From the NCBI GenBank assembly GCA_964248365.1, contig CAXTYC010000035.1, positions 1 through 55,332 of the forward strand: a stretch of DNA of 55,332 bases, read 5' to 3'. Shown here piece by piece: positions 40,576-50,410 of this stretch. A model generated the notes under the pieces. It had not been told where the DNA came from and made no database searches. It worked only from the letters and a program-made list of their open reading frames with translations. The DNA comes from an uncultured Chroococcidiopsis sp. (GTDB taxonomy: Bacteria > Cyanobacteriota > Cyanobacteriia > Cyanobacteriales > Chroococcidiopsidaceae). Both the position numbers and the translations under genes were made by a program. Position 1 is the stretch's first letter; the number at the start of each line of letters is the position of its first letter.

Positions 40576-40869
40576 TTAATTGCCGCTTTGATTTTGTTCT
40601 GTAGGCGGTATAGGCTCTAAGTGTTGGGAAGAAGGCTGATCAGTTTGAGGTGCGATCGCAGCTTCGATGTATTGGCTATCAATTAAAAAGGCTCCCTTGG
40701 CAAAGCGGACAACCCAATATCCTCCAGGGCGGCGATCTGTTACTATACCCTCTTCACCTAGACGAATCACATCAGGAGGACGCAGCATGGGCATTGGCTC
40801 AGCTGTTTTGACGTAGGGTGGTAGCGCTATGACTCGGACTTTCTCGCCAATCGTAAATTCTTGGGACAT
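40576..40869 (-). CDS. sipA: NblS-interacting protein SipA (DUF3148)
   Basis: PPYVKTAEPMPMLRPPD, RRPGGYWVVRF; start placed at MSQEF. Confidence 0.85.
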   Translation of the reverse strand: MSQEFTIGEKVRVIALPPYVKTAEPMPMLRPPDVIRLGEEGIVTDRRPGGYWVVRFAKGAFLIDSQYIEAAIAPQTDQPSSQHLEPIPPTEQNQSGN

Positions 40870-41068
40870 AGGAGTAGGGAGTAGGGATGGGGGAGTAGCG
40901 CGAAGACAAGCGCGGAGGTTTCCTCCGATCAGAACGAGGTAAGAGAGGGAGTAGGAAGTAGGGGGAAATACCAACTCCCTATTACCAGGAAAGACGTAGC
41001 CCTTCTACGTCTGTTCTACCTATTATCAATTTTCAATCCAAAATCCAAGGCTCCAAAATCTAAAATTA

Positions 41069-42082
41069 TTACGGGACTTGCCAAATTTTCTGATGATACG
41101 CCTCTGGTTCTGCATAGGGATCTATAGGGGCATGGGAGTGGTCATGATGATGGTGATGATGGTGTGCATGATCGTGATGATGCCCGTGATTATGACCATT
41201 ACTACTAGCTACAGCTGCTAAGCGGAATTTACACATTTCGCAATTCATCTGCACATTTCCCAGCTGGGTTTCGATTTCCCGTTCCCGTAGAATAGAAAAT
41301 AACTGAGGATGAAGCCCTATTTCTGGTAGACAGGTAATGTCGATATTTGAGTATTGTTCCTGTTGTTGGGCAGTGATATCAAAAATCTTTTTAACTAAAA
41401 GACCAGTAAACAGAAAGTGGGGTAAAACAATAATTCGTTTGGGCTGATAGAGCCTCGCGCGGCGAAAGCCTTCTTCTAGACGAGGGTGGGTAATGCCGAT
41501 AAAACAAGTTTCAACAGTCGAGTAACCGCTACCTTCCCATAGAATTCGGGCAAGTTTACAAACATCACCGTTGGCATCAGGATCGCTAGAACCACGCCCA
41601 ACAAACAGCAGGACAGTTTCGGAACGATCGCACTGGGGCGAGTCTATTTGTGCAAGACGCGATCGCCACAAGTCCAAAATTCCTGGTGTAATCCCAAAAT
41701 GCCGCCCGTAGTGAAATTTTAGCTGGGGATACCTAGCCCTTGCCTCGTCTAGTTCGTTAGTAATGTCAAATTTATTATGCCGTGCTGCAAATAAAAGTAT
41801 CGGCAGGACGGAAATTTCTGTATATCCCTTGGCTATACAATGATCTACCCCTTCCCCAATGGTAGGACCAGTAAGTTCGAGAAAACAAGGTACAACAGGT
41901 CGTGAAGTGTCTAAAGCTTGGTAAACAGAAGCAAACTCTAGTAAGCTTTGCCGTCCTGCTTCATCCTTGGTTCCATGACCAACCATTAACAAAGGGCGTT
42001 GTAGAGGCAAAGGCGGTAAAACTATAGAATCGGCAGATGAATATTTCAACTCAGTCGGATCGTTTATGTTAACGCTAGGCAT
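41069..42082 (-). CDS. cbiX: Sirohydrochlorin cobaltochelatase CbiX (long form)
   Basis: GHGT, CFLEL, VGRGSSD, MNCEMC and a poly-His tail; cobalamin riboswitch upstream. Confidence 0.93.
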   Translation of the reverse strand: MPSVNINDPTELKYSSADSIVLPPLPLQRPLLMVGHGTKDEAGRQSLLEFASVYQALDTSRPVVPCFLELTGPTIGEGVDHCIAKGYTEISVLPILLFAARHNKFDITNELDEARARYPQLKFHYGRHFGITPGILDLWRSRLAQIDSPQCDRSETVLLFVGRGSSDPDANGDVCKLARILWEGSGYSTVETCFIGITHPRLEEGFRRARLYQPKRIIVLPHFLFTGLLVKKIFDITAQQQEQYSNIDITCLPEIGLHPQLFSILREREIETQLGNVQMNCEMCKFRLAAVASSNGHNHGHHHDHAHHHHHHHDHSHAPIDPYAEPEAYHQKIWQVP

Positions 42083-42131
42083 CTAATTTCAAGCTCCTTC
42101 CCCGTGCAACGCAGGAAATAGCGTGAGCGTA

Positions 42132-42300
42132 TAACAGCTAGGCATTCTGGCTTACGATTGATCCTTTGTCATTTGTCATTTGTCATTGGTTCTTAGCAAA
42201 GGACAAGGGACAAGGGACAAAATTCGTTCACAGCTGCGGCACAGCCCCAGATTTACACCGGAGTTTCCCTAGACTGTTACGGTTCACTTGTGCCTAGTTA
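42132..42300 (-). ncRNA. Cobalamin riboswitch
   Basis: Minus strand: P1 AACTAGGCA/TGCCTAGCT, AGGGAAACTCCGGTGTAAATCTGGGGCTGTGCCGCAGCTGT, and B12-box AAGCCAGAATGCC, upstream of cbiX. Confidence 0.88.
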
Positions 42301-42541
42301 TCTTAACTGATCCAACAAGGATTAAAAAATACTGGGGGAGGGGAGGGAATAATTCGTAATTCGTAATTGGTTCGTAATTGTCCTCCAAGTCCTCTAGTTT
42401 CTCCTTGTGTTTTGACTTTGGTATGGCGAGGAGGGTAGAACTACCTGTTATCCCACCGATACCTTGGTTAAACCCGCGCAGACTGGCTTTTACAGGGGTT
42501 TGTCGATTTCGTCATTGCTTTAGTGGCGCTATCGTAATTCT

Positions 42542-42979
42542 TTACTGGTTACGATGATGCCGCCAGGGCTGCCGACTCTGTTGCAGTTGTTGCCGTTGTT
42601 CGGGAGTCAACACTGCTTCATATTGGGATTTAGCCGACTGTCTAATCTGCCGCATTTGAGCTTTTTGTTCTGGGGTAAGATTAAGGGCAGAAAAAGCTTG
42701 TCGTTGATTCTGGCGCGAGTCTTGCATGGCTGCTTGGAGTTGTTCCCGTTGTTGCGGTGTCAAAATTGCTTCAATTTGGGAGCGTGTATTACGGCGAATC
42801 TCATCCATTTTCGCTTTTTGCTCCTGTGTCAGCCCCAAGCGTTGAAATCCGTGCGTCTCTTGTGGCTGTGCCTGCGCAAGTGGAGATCTTAAGGCGGGTT
42901 CGGCTTTGACTGCGAGGGGAGTTGTAGCTATAGTGAGAGCGATCGCTCCTACTAACATCGGCATAAATTTAAGTTGCAT
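42542..42979 (-). CDS. Spy/CpxP-family (LTXXQ motif) periplasmic protein
   Basis: Signal peptide and four LTxxQ motifs. Confidence 0.88.
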   Translation of the reverse strand: MQLKFMPMLVGAIALTIATTPLAVKAEPALRSPLAQAQPQETHGFQRLGLTQEQKAKMDEIRRNTRSQIEAILTPQQREQLQAAMQDSRQNQRQAFSALNLTPEQKAQMRQIRQSAKSQYEAVLTPEQRQQLQQSRQPWRHHRNQ

Positions 42980-43054
42980 CTGGACTTGCTCCGAAAAAAG
43001 CTTGTATTTGTTATTACCATCATATAAATTGGTCGAGTCAACACGCTTGAGTAA

Positions 43055-43087
43055 AAAGTCATGATTTTAACCATGACTTTAGTCATG
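43055..43087. promoter_or_regulatory. Candidate response-regulator binding site in the divergent spy / two-component promoter
   Basis: AAAGTCATG-N8-CATGACTTT, overlapping CATGACT-N2-AGTCATG (7-2-7 inverted repeat). Confidence 0.65.
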
Positions 43088-43149
43088 CTCTATTTACACT
43101 CAATAGTCTGGTAATTAGTAATTGATAATTGATAATTGATAATTGATTT

Positions 43150-44352
43150 GTGCGTTCAATTCAAATCCACAATCATCCTTTTAAATTCCTGCTCTATCTA
43201 GAGTGGGTATTGCTGGCGATCGCCATTTTAACTGAACTTATACCCCCGCCGTTTCCTAGAGTCCAACGCTTTGCGCTGCCAACAATAGCGGGTATTATTG
43301 GCTTCGGGGTAATGGGTTTGAGATTGCCTACTGGTAGGCTGGCTGACAAGATTATCTATACTGCTATCGAAATTTTGCTGATTTTATCAACTGGAATGAC
43401 TAGGATCAGAGCTATTCGACTATTTCCGTTGCTCCACCTGATCTTAGTTATCCGCAGTTGCTTGATCTTTCAATTACCAGGTAGGTTGGCAGTTACAAGT
43501 TTATCTTTCACGTTGTTCCTACTAACGGTGATGCGTCGGTTTCAACGCATATCAGCACCGCCACTGCTACAGGAACGATTGCGGTTTGTTCCTTTAAGTT
43601 TTGCACTGTTGTTTGGATTGAGTCTAGTATTTGTGTTGCTGTTAATGAATGCTGCGATATCTGAGCGTCAAAGTCGGGAGAAACTGGCGATCGCTAACGA
43701 TCAACTGCGACAATATGCCCTGCGGATCGAAAACCAAGCCACACTACAAGAACGTACCCGCATTGCCCGTGAAATTCATGACTCGCTGGGACACTCGCTA
43801 ACTGCTCTTAACCTCCAGCTAGAAATTGCCTTGAAACTGTGGCAATCTAACCCAACGAAAGCTCAAACATTCCTAGCACAGGCTAAAAATTTGGGTTCTC
43901 AGGCACTACAAGAGGTGAGGCAATCTGTGTCTACTATGCGCTCTGATCCTCTACAAGGGCGCTCTCTCGAAATTGCGATCGCCACTCTTGCCCAAGATTT
44001 TCACCGCTCTACTGGTATCTTACCCGATTACCAAATTCAGATCGCCCATTCGATTCCTTCCGATGTGTCCAGGGCTGTTTACCGAATTGTCCAAGAAGCA
44101 TTGACAAATATCTCTAAATATGCTCAAAGTACAGAGGTAAAAATTCAATTACATGGGAATGCAACAAACTTGTTGCTAATAATTGAGGATAATGGCACAG
44201 GGTTTAATTTAAGCCAGAATACTACTGGTTTTGGGCTTCAAAGTATGCGCGATCGCACTGTTGCATTAGGAGGATATTTTAATATTAATAGCACTCCTGG
44301 GCAAGGCTGCACAATTACAGCTAACATTCCCTTACCAAGGTTATCACAATGA
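43150..44352 (+). CDS. Membrane sensor histidine kinase (HisKA_3, NarX/DesK type)
   Basis: [39 protein letters not shown]. Confidence 0.95.
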   Translation: MRSIQIHNHPFKFLLYLEWVLLAIAILTELIPPPFPRVQRFALPTIAGIIGFGVMGLRLPTGRLADKIIYTAIEILLILSTGMTRIRAIRLFPLLHLILVIRSCLIFQLPGRLAVTSLSFTLFLLTVMRRFQRISAPPLLQERLRFVPLSFALLFGLSLVFVLLLMNAAISERQSREKLAIANDQLRQYALRIENQATLQERTRIAREIHDSLGHSLTALNLQLEIALKLWQSNPTKAQTFLAQAKNLGSQALQEVRQSVSTMRSDPLQGRSLEIAIATLAQDFHRSTGILPDYQIQIAHSIPSDVSRAVYRIVQEALTNISKYAQSTEVKIQLHGNATNLLLIIEDNGTGFNLSQNTTGFGLQSMRDRTVALGGYFNINSTPGQGCTITANIPLPRLSQ

Positions 44353-44984
44353 TTCGTGTTTTATTGGTAGATGACCAAAGTTTAATTCGTCAAGGCTTAC
44401 GAGCATTACTGGAATTAGATGAGCAATTGCAAGTAGTAGGAGAAGCTGAAAATGGGCAAGCTGCAATCAATTTAGTTAGACAATTACAGCCTGATGTCAT
44501 ATTAATGGACATTCGGATGCCGATTATGGATGGAGTTGCAGCCACGCGGGAGCTTTGTTCTGATCCCAATATTAAAATTTTAGTATTGACGACTTTTGAT
44601 GATGATGAGTATGTAAAATCAGCGATGAATTATGGGGCGATGGGTTATTTACTCAAAGATACACCTTTAGAAGAATTAGCAACTGCTATTCGTGCCGTAC
44701 ATAAAGGATATACCCAATTAGCACCAGGAATAATTAAAAAACTACTGCTTACACCTACTACATCAATACAGTCACCTCCAACCGCATTGCATGAACTTAC
44801 TCCTAGAGAAATGGAAGTTCTAAGACTAATTGCAACTGGTGCTAGTAATAAAGAAATTGCTCAGAAATTATATATTTCTGAGGGAACAGTGAAAAATCAT
44901 GTTACTAATATTTTAAATCGATTGAATTTGCGCGATCGCACTCAAGCTGCAATTTTTGCTAATTCTTTTTTACCCCACGATTAA
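44349..44984 (+). CDS. NarL/LuxR-family response regulator
   Basis: [33 protein letters not shown] overlap with the kinase. Confidence 0.95.
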   Translation: MIRVLLVDDQSLIRQGLRALLELDEQLQVVGEAENGQAAINLVRQLQPDVILMDIRMPIMDGVAATRELCSDPNIKILVLTTFDDDEYVKSAMNYGAMGYLLKDTPLEELATAIRAVHKGYTQLAPGIIKKLLLTPTTSIQSPPTALHELTPREMEVLRLIATGASNKEIAQKLYISEGTVKNHVTNILNRLNLRDRTQAAIFANSFLPHD

Positions 44985-45287
44985 CTCGTTTGGTGTTGTA
45001 AAAAATTTAGAATAATGTCGCGCAAAGACGCAAAGACGCTAAGGCTTCTCGTAGAGTAGGCGCTAAGAAAGACCAAAGGTAATTTAGTATCTTTAGGAAG
45101 CTTAGTAGTAGTTGCGTGTAAGTGTGGGTGTCTGTTAGAATTTCTAGAAGTAAATGTAAGATATATTACATGATGGCTCTGCAAGATGCTTGGAACAAGG
45201 GTGTACTGGTTGACACTTAGCTATCTGGGCTATACCAAAACGAGGATGAATAGCAATAAATATTTTGCATAATCCACTGGCTCAGGA

Positions 45288-45428
45288 GAAGTTGCAGAAC
45301 GTTCTGATTGTGGGTTGTTGTTAGATGTGACGAACTTGCATATCAATGCTGTCAATCACGGTTATGATATTCATACCTTTTTGGAGCAATTGCCTTTAGA
45401 GCGAGTCGTACAGTTGCATTTTGTCGGG
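45288..45428 (+). pseudogene. Internal fragment of a DUF692 (multinuclear non-heme iron oxidase) gene
   Basis: [44 protein letters not shown]; lacks both termini. Confidence 0.75.
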
Positions 45429-45919
45429 ATGAACAACAGCACATATCTCAATTATCAGCACAACAAGTCAATCTATTTGCTGGTTCACTTAAGCGTAAGC
45501 GGCTAGCCGAAGTGCGAGATTTAATACCGCTGACTACACGGGTGTTGGGTAAAGATTGTTCTAAATTATTTTGGCGCTATGCCCAAACTTATGTACCCCA
45601 AGGAATCAAAAAGCATTGGGAAGATGCTAACGCCTTTGCTAGTTTCCTTCAATATACTGCTCAAAAGGAAGAAATTCAACCACGTTGGATTGTCGATTTA
45701 GTGCGTTATGAAACAGCCTGGTTGCAAGCGACTAACACTCGATTCCATATCTGCTGGTTCGATTACCGAATTGAATTGTTAGTGCGAAGTTTAGAACGCC
45801 ACTATCCTACTCCAATGGCAATCTATCAACCTACTGTTGCTATCTGGTTTCGCTTACCTCAAGGACAACTAAGGCATCTCGTGCTACCACTATTTACTTC
45901 ATTCAATGCTCCTAATTAA
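45428..45919 (+). pseudogene. N-terminally truncated probable DUF692 partner protein
   Basis: The frame extends upstream of 45512 (..[26 protein letters not shown]) to the junction with the DUF692 fragment. Family inferred from context. Confidence 0.55.
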
Positions 45920-45956
45920 AATTTTGTAGCTGCTTACAGATTGTTCACACATTCAA

Positions 45957-46382
45957 CTATTTAAATAATTCTCTACATTCTTCTCTTAATACTCCTTTTG
46001 TTACTTTGATATTCTTAGAGCTTTTAGCAATAATTTCTTCGCAAGAAATACATACCTGAGATTGATTTAGCTCTATCAAATCTTGAATTGATACCCCATA
46101 GACAATTTCAGCTAAGCCTGTCCAAACGCAAGCTGTAGCACACATTGGGCAAGGTTCGCCTGTTGTATATATAATATAACCTTCAAGAGTTGGATTCTGA
46201 ATTTTAGCGGTTAAACTACGAATTACATTAATTTCTGCATGGGCAGAGGGATCGCTATCTCGCTTTACAGTGTTATAACCTTTGGCAACTACTTCGTTAT
46301 CTTTGACAATTACTGCACCATACGGGGCATCTCCTTTTTTTGCTTCTTCTAAGGCTAAGCTCATAAAATCTTCAGGCTTCAT
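45957..46382 (-). CDS. Nucleoside/nucleobase deaminase (cytidine deaminase fold)
   Basis: PYGAVIV, DPSAHAE, EPCPMC. Confidence 0.9.
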   Translation of the reverse strand: MKPEDFMSLALEEAKKGDAPYGAVIVKDNEVVAKGYNTVKRDSDPSAHAEINVIRSLTAKIQNPTLEGYIIYTTGEPCPMCATACVWTGLAEIVYGVSIQDLIELNQSQVCISCEEIIAKSSKNIKVTKGVLREECRELFK

Positions 46383-46490
46383 AAGAACATTTTGACTTTT
46401 GCACTAAGGGTTTACTAATGATCTTGATTGTCTGGGGATAACAGGGTAAAACCCTGAGCTACGTCTCTTATCTTGACTTTTTTACTACTT

Positions 46491-47297
46491 ATGTTACTCA
46501 AACAACGTGTTGAATTTTACTTAGAAGACATTGAAACGCCAGCAGGTAGAGCAATTACTTTAATTATTACGAGCTTAGTTTTACTATCTTCAGCTATTTT
46601 TGTTGCCGAAACTTACTCAATTCCCGTCTCTGTCAGAATTAAACTCAACGTTATAGATAATATAATTTTAATACTTTTTGCCTTAGAATATTTAGTGCGT
46701 TTTTGGGTTGCTGAAAATAAAGTTAAGTATGTTTTTAGTATTTATTCTATCATTGATTTTCTGGCAATTCTACCAGTACTTTTAGGAGCGGTAGATATTA
46801 ATGTTAGTTATATTCGGCTATTGCGTTGGTTTCGGATTTTGAAATTAGTTCGATTCTTGCAAGGTAAAAGTATATTTGGTAGAATTAGTACAGATGATAG
46901 CATAATTTATGCTCGAATAATATTTACTTTATTTGCTATCATTTTTGTTTACTCTGGTTTGATTTATCAAGTTGAGCATTCGGTAAATCCGAAGGTTTTC
47001 AGTACTTTTTTGGATGCGGTATATTTTTCCATAGTGACGATGACAACTGTAGGATTTGGTGATGTTACACCAATTTCTAAAATAGGTCGTCTGTTGACAG
47101 TTTTGATGATTTTAACTGGTATTGCGCTTATTCCTTGGCAGTTGGGAGATCTAATTAAGCAATTGGTTAAAACATCTAACCAGGTAGAAATGATGTGTCC
47201 GAATTGTGGTTTAGCAATGCATGATGCTGATGCTCGGTTTTGTAAGCTTTGTGGTGATAAGTTAGAAAAGACGAAAACTTATCAACCTAACTCGTAG
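46491..47297 (+). CDS. 6-TM potassium channel with a C-terminal Cys4 zinc ribbon
   Basis: S4 RLLRWFRILK, filter TMTTVGFGD, CPNC..CKLC; start placed at ATG 46491. Confidence 0.92.
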   Translation: MLLKQRVEFYLEDIETPAGRAITLIITSLVLLSSAIFVAETYSIPVSVRIKLNVIDNIILILFALEYLVRFWVAENKVKYVFSIYSIIDFLAILPVLLGAVDINVSYIRLLRWFRILKLVRFLQGKSIFGRISTDDSIIYARIIFTLFAIIFVYSGLIYQVEHSVNPKVFSTFLDAVYFSIVTMTTVGFGDVTPISKIGRLLTVLMILTGIALIPWQLGDLIKQLVKTSNQVEMMCPNCGLAMHDADARFCKLCGDKLEKTKTYQPNS

Positions 47298-47302
47298 GTG
47301 CG

Positions 47303-47758
47303 TTATTGTGGATCGCAGCGAATTTCAATCATAAAGCCGTCGGGATCGTAAAAGTATACACCTCTTCCCGTAGGACGAGTGACCGGACCATGTGCGATCA
47401 CAATCTTGTTTTGTTTTAGCACTTCGACAGCAGAATCGAACAAGTGCGGATCAATATCAAAGGCTAGATGATAAGCACGGGTGAAGGTGCGTTCGGGATC
47501 TGAATCTGGTGGTAGCAAATTCGGTTCCCAAAACAAATCGAGGATTGTACCATCTGGGGTAACAAAGTTAGCTACTTTCCCAGAGGCTACCAACTGGGCT
47601 AAGGTAGATGGAACTTCATCGCCTGTTAGTTCGTGTAAACCAAGCATATTCCCATAGAAGTGACGGGAAGCTTGCATATCCTTCACATTTAGCGCAATGT
47701 GGTGAACGCGACGTAGATTACCAGGAACAAGGATACTTGGGGTAGTGCTAGACATCAT
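47303..47758 (-). CDS. VOC (glyoxalase/bleomycin resistance) family protein
   Basis: HHIALNV, HLAF, YFYDPDGFMIE. Confidence 0.9.
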   Translation of the reverse strand: MMSSTTPSILVPGNLRRVHHIALNVKDMQASRHFYGNMLGLHELTGDEVPSTLAQLVASGKVANFVTPDGTILDLFWEPNLLPPDSDPERTFTRAYHLAFDIDPHLFDSAVEVLKQNKIVIAHGPVTRPTGRGVYFYDPDGFMIEIRCDPQ

Positions 47759-47866
47759 GGGACTCACTGCAACGCTTTACTTATGGTAGAAGTCAGACTT
47801 CTATATTTAAGTTTATTCTCACAAAATAAACATAAACCAACACAGTATATTTTAGATAAATTCCTC

Positions 47867-48449
47867 TTAACAAGGAAAGAATTGATTCACTGTGTTTCAA
47901 CCCTAGCTGATAAATTCCCTGTCTGATAGCTCAATTCCTTTTAAGAGGACTGTAAATTAGAGCAATTGTTAGTTTTAGTCGGTTTGAACCGACTTATGCT
48001 ATGAGCCTTGAAATTAATTTCAAGGCGGTTCGTTGCTCAAATTAAACAGCTGTTAACAAGGAAAGAATTGATTCACTGTGTTTCAACCCTAGCTGATAAA
48101 TTCCCTGTCTGATAGCTCAATTCCTTTTAAGAGGACTGTAAATTAGAGCAATTGTTAGTTTTAGTCGGTTTGAACCGACTTATGCTATGAGCCTTGAAAT
48201 TAATTTCAAGGCGGTTCGTTGCTCAAATTAAACAGCTGTTAACAAGGAAAGAATTGATTCACTGTGTTTCAACCCTAGCTGATAAATTCCCTGTCTGGTA
48301 GCTCAATTCCTCTTATAAGGGTTGCAGTATTCACAATTAGTGCAATAGCCCGCCTTGGAATTAATTCCAAGGCTAATAGTGTAAGTCTACTAAAGTAGAC
48401 TCAAATTGTCTGTTATAACCCGTTTCAAAACAGCCTCTCTTAACAAAGG
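47867..48449. repeat. 186-bp tandem array of MITE/REP-like modules (2 full units, 1 partial, then a diverged inverted module)
   Basis: Units start TTAACAAGGAAAG at 47867, 48053 and 48239; internal palindromes AGTCGGTTTGAACCGACT and GCCTTGAAATTAATTTCAAGGC. Confidence 0.92.
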
Positions 48450-48499
48450 TAAGCGCTATGATATTTTTGAATCTCTAACTACTCAACCAAAAACTAATT

Positions 48500-48991
48500 A
48501 TGCCGTTTGATTATTCTTTAGATTTTAAAAATATTGATTTTCGCCAACACCCTGAACTTTATCGAGTTGGCAAGGGTGAGCAGGGAGTACTTTTGGTAGA
48601 GCCATATAAATCAGAAATTCTCCCTTTTTGGCGGTTTAAAACTCCAGATATTGCCAGAGAGTCTAGTCAAAAAATATATGATATGTTTCTTGCTTATCTG
48701 GAGCAGGATGATTTTGTAGGTGCTGATATGGCGCGGAAGTTTATACAAATGGGTTATACGCGATCGCGTCGTTACGCCAATCATAAAAGTGGCAGAAAAT
48801 ATAAAACCAATCCTCAAAAAGAAACTTCTAAAGAAGAGCAAATTCAGGCTAGAAAAGATATATTACCAAATGAAGTAGATCCAATTAAAGCTCAATCGGC
48901 AGCAATCTTTAAAGAAAAATGGATGCAAGCAAAGACAAATGATAAATATCTTCAGCTTTTAGCCAAGCATAAACAAATGTATGAGCAATAA
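48500..48991 (+). CDS. DUF4385-like conserved hypothetical protein
   Basis: YRVGKGEQGVL.VEPYKSEILPFWRF and ADMARKFIQMGYTRSRRYANH. Confidence 0.8.
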   Translation: MPFDYSLDFKNIDFRQHPELYRVGKGEQGVLLVEPYKSEILPFWRFKTPDIARESSQKIYDMFLAYLEQDDFVGADMARKFIQMGYTRSRRYANHKSGRKYKTNPQKETSKEEQIQARKDILPNEVDPIKAQSAAIFKEKWMQAKTNDKYLQLLAKHKQMYEQ

Positions 48992-49155
48992 TAAAGTAAT
49001 AATATAGCAATCCTAAAACATTTGTGAACAGTAGATGAGCTAGCATTGCTCATTTCTGATAATGGTGGGCAATGCCCACCCTACTGTAAATACGTAACAC
49101 ACGCCCATCAAAGTAGGGTGGCATGGGTGGCAAACTACAATAATTTCTAAAGATT

Positions 49156-50016
49156 TTACTTTCTACCTACTATTGTCATGCCTCTAAATAGCATGGGTGT
49201 GCTAGCTATTTTTCTTCTTAGTGAAAATGGTAGGAGACTTAGGAAGGTTTCACACAGCTTGAATAGTGGTACTGTGACTAGGAATAAGGGGATTTTTATA
49301 TGGTTTTTTTTGTAGCTTTTATATAGGCTTACTTGGGAAAATCCTACTTGTCGAAATAGCTTATATAACTCAGTAACTGTATACTCCTTCAAGTGATATC
49401 CTGTTGCTATCTCATCAAAATACTGCGAACTATCATGTGGTCCAGAAAGACGATTTGGTGTAATACATACATACATTCCACCAGGCGCTAAAGCTTTATA
49501 AATGTTCTGAAGCTGTTCAAAAGCGTCATCGGGGTGTAAATGCTCCATTAGTTGATGGCTGTAGGCAAGATTGACAGTGTTTTCAGCAATAGGAATAGTA
49601 CAACCATCAGAAATAACTAGTTCAAAGTTGGAGGGAAATAAATTAGAGTTTTTCGTCACCTCATTAGAGACATCAACTGCATAAACTTTTTTTACATATT
49701 TGGCTACTTCACGGGATAAACTGCAATCGCCTGGACCTACTTCTAGATAAATTAAATCTGGTTGGAGTAATCCTCTTAGTAGTTGCATTCGTTGCTCTAC
49801 TATCCAAGCAACAGCTTCAGGATCGTTTTTGTATTTCAATTCCGGTGCAAAGGGAGCTATTTTATAATATTCATCATACAGGGAAGTGTATAATGTTTTT
49901 CTTTCGTCTGAAGTTGAGTTTAGCAATTTGTCTGCTAGTTCTTTTTCGGCCTCATATTGAATATTGATTTGTTCAAACGTTCTTTTGTGTTTGTCTTCTT
50001 TAATTGTTACAACCAT
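49156..50016 (-). CDS. Class I SAM-dependent methyltransferase
   Basis: YLEVGPGD motif I, VDVS, MEHL, LAPGG..ITPN. Confidence 0.88.
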   Translation of the reverse strand: MVVTIKEDKHKRTFEQINIQYEAEKELADKLLNSTSDERKTLYTSLYDEYYKIAPFAPELKYKNDPEAVAWIVEQRMQLLRGLLQPDLIYLEVGPGDCSLSREVAKYVKKVYAVDVSNEVTKNSNLFPSNFELVISDGCTIPIAENTVNLAYSHQLMEHLHPDDAFEQLQNIYKALAPGGMYVCITPNRLSGPHDSSQYFDEIATGYHLKEYTVTELYKLFRQVGFSQVSLYKSYKKNHIKIPLFLVTVPLFKLCETFLSLLPFSLRRKIASTPMLFRGMTIVGRK

Positions 50017-50146
50017 CGATTAGCCCTCCTGGTGATGTAAACTAGAAATATACTAACTGACACTAATGAAAAAAATTGAATTTTTATCGAATACACTCAA
50101 TGATTTCACCCAAGCTTTACAATACCGTATCTTTCATTAATAACTT

Positions 50147-50179
50147 CTGTATAGACGCACTATATTGCGTCTATACAGA
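50147..50179. repeat. GTAG-type REP-like palindrome, representative of a dispersed family
   Basis: CTGTATAGACGCA..TGCGTCTATACAG; relatives near 7762, 21368, 38592, 40992 and 52580. Confidence 0.7.
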
Positions 50180-50410
50180 CTGCATACTTGATACTTCATC
50201 CTTAATTTGGTAACTTGACTAACACTTCAAAAGAGCGTTGCGAAATCAATCAAGTATATCCGCCCTTCACCAAAAAACGAGGGCGGACATACTCTAATGT
50301 CAAATCAATTTCTCGGCACTTGTTAACTACCGATCCTGCTTTTCATTGTTATCCTATCCCTTAGTTAATTACATCCGTGAGGCTGCAAACAGCGAACCGA
50401 ACACCTTAAT

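Noticed and set aside
40870..40974. N-terminal extension of SipA
   Set aside because: Encoded by intergenic repeats; MSQEF is the plausible start.
41120..41260. Poly-His tail and MNCEMC motif of CbiX as a novelty
   Set aside because: Known features of long-form cyanobacterial CbiX.
47867..48449. CRISPR array
   Set aside because: Units are 186 bp, the intervening segments are identical rather than unique spacers, and no cas genes are present.
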